DNA of 63,982 bases, counting the filler, from Stramenopiles sp. TOSAG23-2 (Eukaryota): the NCBI GenBank assembly GCA_900128395.1. It is 7 parts of 7 records of this genome, joined end to end, with 100 filler letters (N's around TTAATTAATTAA, not from the genome) between each part and the next. Parts side by side here need not be neighbours in the genome. Positions count along the whole stretch, not along the records: positions 56,254 to 63,982 come from LT650280.1; 6 more parts are not named here. One strand, 5' to 3'. Under the pieces are notes generated by a model that was not told the DNA's origin, did no database searches, and saw nothing but the letters and a program-made list of their open reading frames with translations. The position numbers and the translations under genes were made by a program. Below, one piece after another: positions 56,689 to 63,982 of the stretch (the stretch's first letter is position 1; each line of letters starts with the position of its first letter).

Positions 56689-59600
56689 TCAACCAGCATC
56701 GTTTAAATTTACTTCATTTTCTACTTCTTCATTGTCTGCATCCTCATCTCCATCCTCATCTCCATCATCTCCTCCATCTGAACTGGAAACTCCTCCGCCC
56801 ATGAACATTGGTAACATCGAATTGATAACTGCGCTAAAGCCACCACCAGATCCGAAACCAGAAATGCCCAGCAAAATGAAAGACAATAGGAATACTAAAA
56901 CCACGCATATGGCAAGAAATTTAGTTGCAAGGGCTGCAATTCCTTTTCCTTTCTTATTAATAATTTCGCTCATCATTTTTGCTTCCCACACTTTAAGTAT
57001 TTTTCGGAAGCCATCAACACTTATTACCCCAGTACAATTTTGATCTTCTATAATAAACAGTTCTAATGCTTTGTGTTCAGTCATTGTAATTTGGTAACTT
57101 TTCATCACTTCGATAAATTCATCTATAGTAATATACCCCGAACTATTTCTATCAAATGTTGAAAACACATAATCAATTTGTTCTTCGCGATTGTAAGCAT
57201 TCTTTTTATTATCACCATCATCACCTTGATCATCATTGTTTTCATGGCTTTGCTGGTTCCCTTTACCATCATCAGTTTCACCCCCGCTTTCTTTTTTACT
57301 AGCAGAGGAAGATTTCTTCTTGTCCTTATGGCCTTCTTGATCCGATTCACCAGTGGAATCTCTCCATATAATTGGTGCTAGTCTCAATGTTAAACTATGC
57401 AAGCATACCATCAGTTTATGATCATATTCTCCAAGTTCTTGGGCTATATGTCTAAAGCCCTTCATTTCAGATTGTGCGAGCATACAAATAGATTCAACTT
57501 CATTGTTATCGACATCCAAAGCTTTGGACAATTCCTCAAACGATTCTTTTCTAGCCTTTTCTTGTCTCTCCTTCGTGTCTAATGGCGCACAAAGACGGAC
57601 TATGCCAGTAATTAATTTATTTATTTTGTCCACATTGTTATCGTCATCACCATCTGAACTCAATAATTTTGACGTGAATACAGGTATTGCCTTTACGATT
57701 TTATCCATAAACGTCGGCGCGTCTACTGAAGCTAAGTATAAGGCATTCAGCATCTCAATATCAGATTGATCTAAACCTAAATCTTTTGCAAGCTTTTCAA
57801 ATTCATGGCTAACAGCACCTTGTCGCTCTCCACCTAAACCACCTCTACCATGAGCTATTACTAAGAGAAGATTTGTCAAAATTTCAATCGCCATAGGCCT
57901 ATCGTTTTCATACTTTTTTAGGATACTATTATCATTGCTATTCAAAAGTTTTTCTGCCATCTTTGACATAAGTTTCCCTTCGTTTTGCTGTTTGCCTTCG
58001 TCTAACATTGAAATATAATTCTTGTATTTTTTTTCACAACTATCAAGTGCCTCATTATCATTACAAGCTAAATATGATAATTCTTCTACCGTGTCTTTTT
58101 CAATGCCTCTGACTTTTTCTACTTTTTCTATAATAGTTTTTAAGTTCGCCACAAGGGATGCATATATAAATTCACCAGTATCTTCATCATCACTTCCAAT
58201 TATTTTTGCAAAAAGTTTGTGATTATCCTTGTCTATTTCAAATTTTCTAGAATGTATTGATCCGAGTAACTCACTTGTATCTTCCTCTGAACCAGCTTCT
58301 GACAATTCCGCAAATTTGGTAACAGAATCCCTTAACAATGCATAAAACAAACACAATAAGTTTTTATTTTTTTTTTTCCCGTTCGATTCATCAATAATTT
58401 TTTCATTCAACATTTCGACTTGCTCATCTGTTGCTGTCCTATTATAAATTTCAATAACATTATCAAGTAATTTTTGATCTTCCTCATTTATATTAAAAGC
58501 TTCACAAATGTATTTTAAACCTTCACTTTTATCATCTTTCGCAATGAAAATTAAAATGCTGCATAGACTAACCTTCTTCCATATACCTTTTTCGAACATC
58601 TTTTCTTTTATGTCTTTAAAACCGAGCAGTTCATCCATTATTCGCCCAGGGTATTTAATAATAGGAGAGTCCTTTTTAGCCTTTTTTTTTTGCATTTCTT
58701 TAAAATCGTCCGGGTCTGCAATTTTTTGTATGTCTCCAGTTATAATTCCTAAAAGTTTCATTCCTTTTTTTCGAATCACCTCATCATTATCGCTATCTGA
58801 CTTTGACTGCAGTGAATCTAAAAGATGTTCAAATGCATCCATGCTAATCCCATGTGCTCCACCTTGTGTTTGTGCAATCATTACAATAGCTGCCGCTAGA
58901 TTCGCGCTCAGCCCTAAATTTTCACACAATGCTGTAAGGCACTCTTCAACAAATTCAAAATTCAACGATGCACCACATACGAAGCCAAGACATAGTTGTG
59001 AGTCACAGCGCAATCTTGTAGCTAAGATATCAATTGCCTTATGCATATATCTTTCATCACCCATCGCAATCGAAATAATTGATGTCATAAGGTCATAATC
59101 AATTGAAAGCTTGTTGCAAAGGTCGATGCACAGGTCATATATGTTTTTTTTGTCATTGCGGCATAAAGCGCCTAGTGTTTTAACAAGCATAGTATCTGGA
59201 TGAATTTTTGAGCTGACTACACCATCGGTACCTTTAATATCCCATCCCTCCTGGTCACCAATACCAAATTTCATAAGAAAGTCTAAACCAAATCGTTCTT
59301 CAATGTTAAACGTCCAGCCTTTATTTAAAGGGCTAAATGCAGTATCTTCCAAAAGTTTTTCTTCATGTGCTTTGTTCGCCTTGTAGTACAATTTATTGAT
59401 GCTACCATAGTCACACGCTGCCATGCAAAGGATCAAGGATGCATTATAAACATTGAATGATATATTTGCTGCCATTTCTTTTTTTTGTTCGTCAAGGTAC
59501 GCATTTATTTTAGCTTGAAAGTGTTTCCCCTTTTTTCTAGTTAATCGAAACTGATGACAATCTTTTTCCAGCTCATCCAAGTAATTCATTTCCTTAAATT

Positions 59601-62600
59601 GTAGGTCTGGAAATTCTTTTTTCAACAATTTATCTGTTGCTAATATCTCTTCCGGTGTTTTCATATTATAAATTCTTTTCATGTTTTCAAATAGAACTTC
59701 ATCACATATCATGTCCATTATTTCAAACTCTCCGTAAGAGAAAGAATGCTTTGGACTGATTACATCAATAAACCATTGCATGAAGCTTTTATCAAATGAA
59801 TAAATACCAGTTTTTTTGCAATAAAAATTTCCCTTATTATCATTTTCAACTTTACCTCCTTCTGCTTCCATCGCCTCTTTTGCCAAGCTATTCATCGATT
59901 CTAATATCATTTTCATAGTGTCGTCATTTTGCTTTTCCTTGTCGTCATCATCTATTCCACTAGCAACTGATTTTGCGTCGCCGTCGTCATCGTCATCATC
60001 TTCTCCAGCAATGTCATAATCTTCTATTTCGCACCCTATCAAATCCTCTAATCGTGTTTTGAATTTAGCGACATTAATTCCTTTCTTGGGATGAATCTTC
60101 TTAATAGTTGTAACTATCTTTTTAATACCAATACCATTGTCACCACCTCTGATTGCAGCTAATAAGTAAAACATACAATTTTCATCTTTATGCAAAATTT
60201 TGGCAATGTTTGCGCATGCAACGGAGCCGTCGCGTTTGTCATCCCAATCATCATGCTCAGCCGGCGACATGTCCAGTTTGTACGGCTGTAGAAGCATCGC
60301 AATTGATGTAATGACATCGGCTTGTTCTATATCCCAGTGAAATAACGCATACAAATAATCTTTAATGACACCAACATCGCCTTGTACTAACCGCACGATA
60401 CTAGCTGCTGTTTTTACCTCTCTTATGCCATATAAAGTTGCTAATGGCTGGATTGTGTTTTCAATTACTTTTCTTTTGGTTAAACGAGTATCTTGATCTT
60501 CGTCGGAATAAACTGCCATGATGCTCCGAAGGTATCTGCCATCAACTTTGATTAAAGTAAGAGCTTCATCTATTTGAAACCCTGCTTTATAATCTTGGTT
60601 TACAAGGGCCAGGATACCACCAACAATTTCTAGAGGCAAACCACAACGGATGCATATTTTGTTAAGCGCGGTGCTACTCATCAATTGTGAAAACGTTACG
60701 TTGATAGTGGCAGATGCGGCGATGAAGCTTAAACCTTCTGCAATATCTGCATCAAATTTGACGGCGCTCGCTATATCTTCAATACTATCTACTTCTCCGC
60801 ACGCCATAGAAATCAATCCACGGCCATAAGCTTCATTAAATGCTCCTAGATAACCTTCACTCAGGAGGAGAGTCAATGCATCTTTTACCTTTGGTTGATT
60901 GTTAAGTGCTGTGTTTGTCATCGCAATAATCAATTGCCTTGGAACTTTCAATTGCCTAGCCAAAATTTCACTTGCATCAAATAAAATATCTACCTTTTCC
61001 TCTTCGGACATGTGAAATTTTATCGATTGTAAACTTCCAAATGCAACTAAGCTACCAGCAACATCTGCTTTGGAAAATTGATAACGTCCTTCAGCCTCCT
61101 TTTTGCTTTTTTTCTTGTCCATAGCAATTACTTTTAATGTCTTTTTCAGTTTTAAAAGCTTTGGTATACGAAGCATACGTAAAACTTTATTTGCTTTAAA
61201 AACATCAGGCAACGATGCTTGAAAAATTATGGTTAACAATGCAAAGGGAAAGCAAGCAATGGCATCAACTGTAAGGTCGGTTTGCCGATAGTTAGCAAGT
61301 ATCTTTCTTCTATCTGTTATCCAATACCCATACTCATCTGTATATGTCGTAGAACATGCGATTCCAATGTCTATAAGAAACAATATGTCTATAATTGCAT
61401 CTATAATCATAAAGGTGTTTGATTCATCAACTGATAGCTGTAATGTTGTAAGGGTAAACAACGGCAGCGTGATTAGCAAATATAGAATCAATATGAATAT
61501 GAAGCCATCCCATACCAGTTTTCCTGGATGAAACGGATTTATAATTAAAAACGGCATTGATTCGACTTCCTTTACTTCAATTTTTTCTTGCTTTGCTCTG
61601 TTTTTCTTCTTCTTTTTGTTTGCTTCGATTCGTTTTTGCCTTTCTTGGTATGTGTCTTTTGAATAGCGTTTTAACTTCGGAGGCTCTTTATCATATTCAA
61701 CATAACTAGTCAACGATTTAACGAAATCCATCGTTGCATAAATTACAGAAGAATTGTCTTCATTTTCTCCAAACATTTCACACCCAAGAGCCATAAAACC
61801 TTTTGTACCCAATTTTTTCTCCATTTCTTCAAATTTAGACGTTTTCCTATTTGCAATGTCGATCAAGAAATCAATTAAAATTTCATTTTTTGTAAAATGT
61901 TGTAATGTCATTCTTGCTAAATTTTCCAATTGCGCAGGGTAATCAGCAATTAACTTTCTATGAACGAAATATTCAATTGCAAATGATGGTATCTTAGATA
62001 CGCCGACTTTTATTTTTTTCTCCGAAACGATCGGTATCAATTTCTGTGAAGCCCTAGGTTCTTTGTCAATTTCTTGTAACTCCTCGCAAACGTTTTTCAA
62101 ATCGCGATTGCCTTCCCAGGGATCTATATCAAGCAATTTGTAAATACCGGCATGTCTTATGATTTCTTTTTTAAATACGTTTTTTTGAATTTCTACTGTT
62201 CGAAAGGACATATCAGAATAAGCTGCAAAGTCAAACAAACCAAAAATGTATTTATCACTAACTTCAAAAATTCTTGCTACGTCTTCACCGAGCCGTTTAA
62301 GATCATTATCTTTCATTTGTTGCGCATATACTAAAGTACAAAAATCTTTTAATACCTCTACATTATCGGTACTCAACCCAAATTTGTTATCTATCACTAA
62401 TTCTTGAAACCATACATTTGGAAATGTGTTTCCCATGCGGCACACGCTTGCGTATATGTTTCTAAATTTTTTATTTTGGTTTTTGCCATCACTTCCTTTC
62501 CCAAAATTACCTTTTGTTTTGATGTTGTCTGCCAACTTATTCATTTTCTTCTCTCGTTCACTCAAAAAGGCGAACCATACATCTTCTTTCGGTAAGTTTG

Positions 62601-63982
62601 TCAGAGCTTCTTTTTGTTGCTGTGAAGCGCAACATATAAAATTTTGATGCGTTAGAAGAACTTCTATTATCATATTTAAGTGGATTAAATGTACTTACTT
62701 CTTTTAAATTTTTGGTTACTATTTTAGCATTTGCGATTTGTGAAATAGTACTCCCTTTAAACGCTTCTGCATTAACACTAGAAGACGTCTTATCATCCGT
62801 CTCCTCTTCTTTTTCCTCTTTAGCTTCGTTCATTGCCTTTTTTTTCAAAGATTCTAACCACTTATCGTTTTTTAAATTCCCAATAATACTTCTTTCAACC
62901 CTTTTCCTTTCTTTTTCCTCTTGTCTTGAATGCGGAGAATATTTTGAATCTAATCCTATTTCAGAAGCTACATTTGAAAATGTTTTAGGACCGTCTGATT
63001 TCTTTGAAACTTGACCAGGTTCCTCCGCGTCTAATTTTAAGTTGAACACCTCACTTGGTGCCTTAAGACCAGCAGAAAGTAGGCAAATCTGAATGATCCC
63101 TTCTCTAATTTTGCACTTTCGTCCAGCATATTCAACAGAATCGTCACAAAAAAAGTCATCAGTGCACGATGTTCCATTGCCATTTTTTTTATTTTTTTCC
63201 TTGCATGATGGGCATGGTCGACTTCTCGAGCAACTTTTGGTTGACGTTAAAAATTGTAGAAAAAAATATATGAAGTCTTCACACGTTTCGGTTAATGCCA
63301 ACCGCATTCCGATTTCATGAATTGCTGCTCTAACATATTGAGGCGTCCAACCACATGAACCTCCACTAATAATTTCAATTAAGCCTAACAGACTTGATGG
63401 ATCTTTTAACCGAAGATTATTTGAAGCAATCGAAAGATGGCTATAATCATCTTCTGCTATCAGCCCAAGCTTTGGTTGCCCCTTTCCGTATTCTTGAGAG
63501 ATTAAATGTGCAATTGTTTTTGTTAACAATGAATCGACTCCATAGCGCTTCGCAACTCTATCCACGTTTATAGTTGCGCCCCAACAACATAAATTCATAA
63601 CTGCTAATAGTTTGCGAGCGCATGTAGGGCACTTACAAGGTGTTCCAAAAAAGGTTGAAACCTCCTTCCCCTCTGCATCTAGTAACATTATTGTATCGCC
63701 GCTGTCATTGAGTACTCCGACATCCCGAACAATTTCACCTACGCGCCACAAGAACACATTTTTATCATTCTCCTCCTTCTCCTTTAATGCCTGGAGTTGC
63801 TCTTTTTGTTGAGCAGCCACTGCACAATAAATTTTTATATTTTGAAACCCATTAATAGTTGCAGTGTCCGGGAATTTAAATTCGTTTGCATCGCCATCTT
63901 CATTCAATTGCGGATTATCTTTAATTTTAAAATTTTTCAAATCACAAGTAGAGGAAAAAGAAGAGGAGACGGATGATAAGAT
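56689..63982 (-). CDS. Giant (>2400 aa, 5'-incomplete) protein: lamin-tail-like domain, CNG/KCNH-type S1-S4 voltage-sensor region, helical repeats, EF-hand, C-terminal TM segments; 79-nt intron 62620-62698
   Basis: A phase-0 GTAAGT...CTAAC...CAG intron joins the two ORFs (LKE|QQKEA). LNDSGDTIMLLDAEG (LTD-like); PFHPGKLVWD...DILFLIDI...DAIACFPF...KVLRMLRIPKLLK; FDRNSSGYITIDE. Confidence 0.8.

Noticed and set aside
62558-62700. Programmed frameshift between the 460-aa and 1994-aa ORFs
   Set aside because: A canonical 79-nt intron (62620-62698) joins them in frame.

Overview
The window is not one continuous locus. It is seven ~9.3-kb contigs in descending size order (1-9297, 9398-18693, 18794-28076, 28177-37450, 37551-46815, 46916-56153, 56254-63982), joined by artificial 100-nt N/TTAATTAATTAA linkers, so nothing can be inferred about linkage across linkers. 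Six contigs look like an AT-rich, intron-poor unicellular eukaryote. They carry a GPAT/DHAPAT acyltransferase, a multidomain glycosyltransferase, EF-hand and C2H2 proteins, tRNA-Gly(CCC), a PLA2-like protein, a J-domain protein, a HECT E3 ligase, a sulfatase, an MFS transporter and a giant voltage-sensor protein. They also show many short tandem duplications and one whole-contig palindrome that look like amplification or assembly artefacts. Contig 2 (9398-18693) is different: intronless, virus-like, and built from small unrelated ORFs. Six of these ORFs sit directly behind a copy of one conserved element (~120 bp when complete). The element has a terminator-like box, a 14-bp direct repeat, a double AAAATTGA giant-virus early-promoter motif, a TGACATGTCA palindrome, a fixed start context and a shared Ser/Thr/Asn/Gln-rich leader peptide. 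These units form two convergent arrays, with half-elements and truncated genes at their edges. This promoter-cassette array, a possible gene capture and shuffling system of a eukaryotic DNA virus, is the most interesting signal. All family assignments are by eye from motifs; no database search was run.
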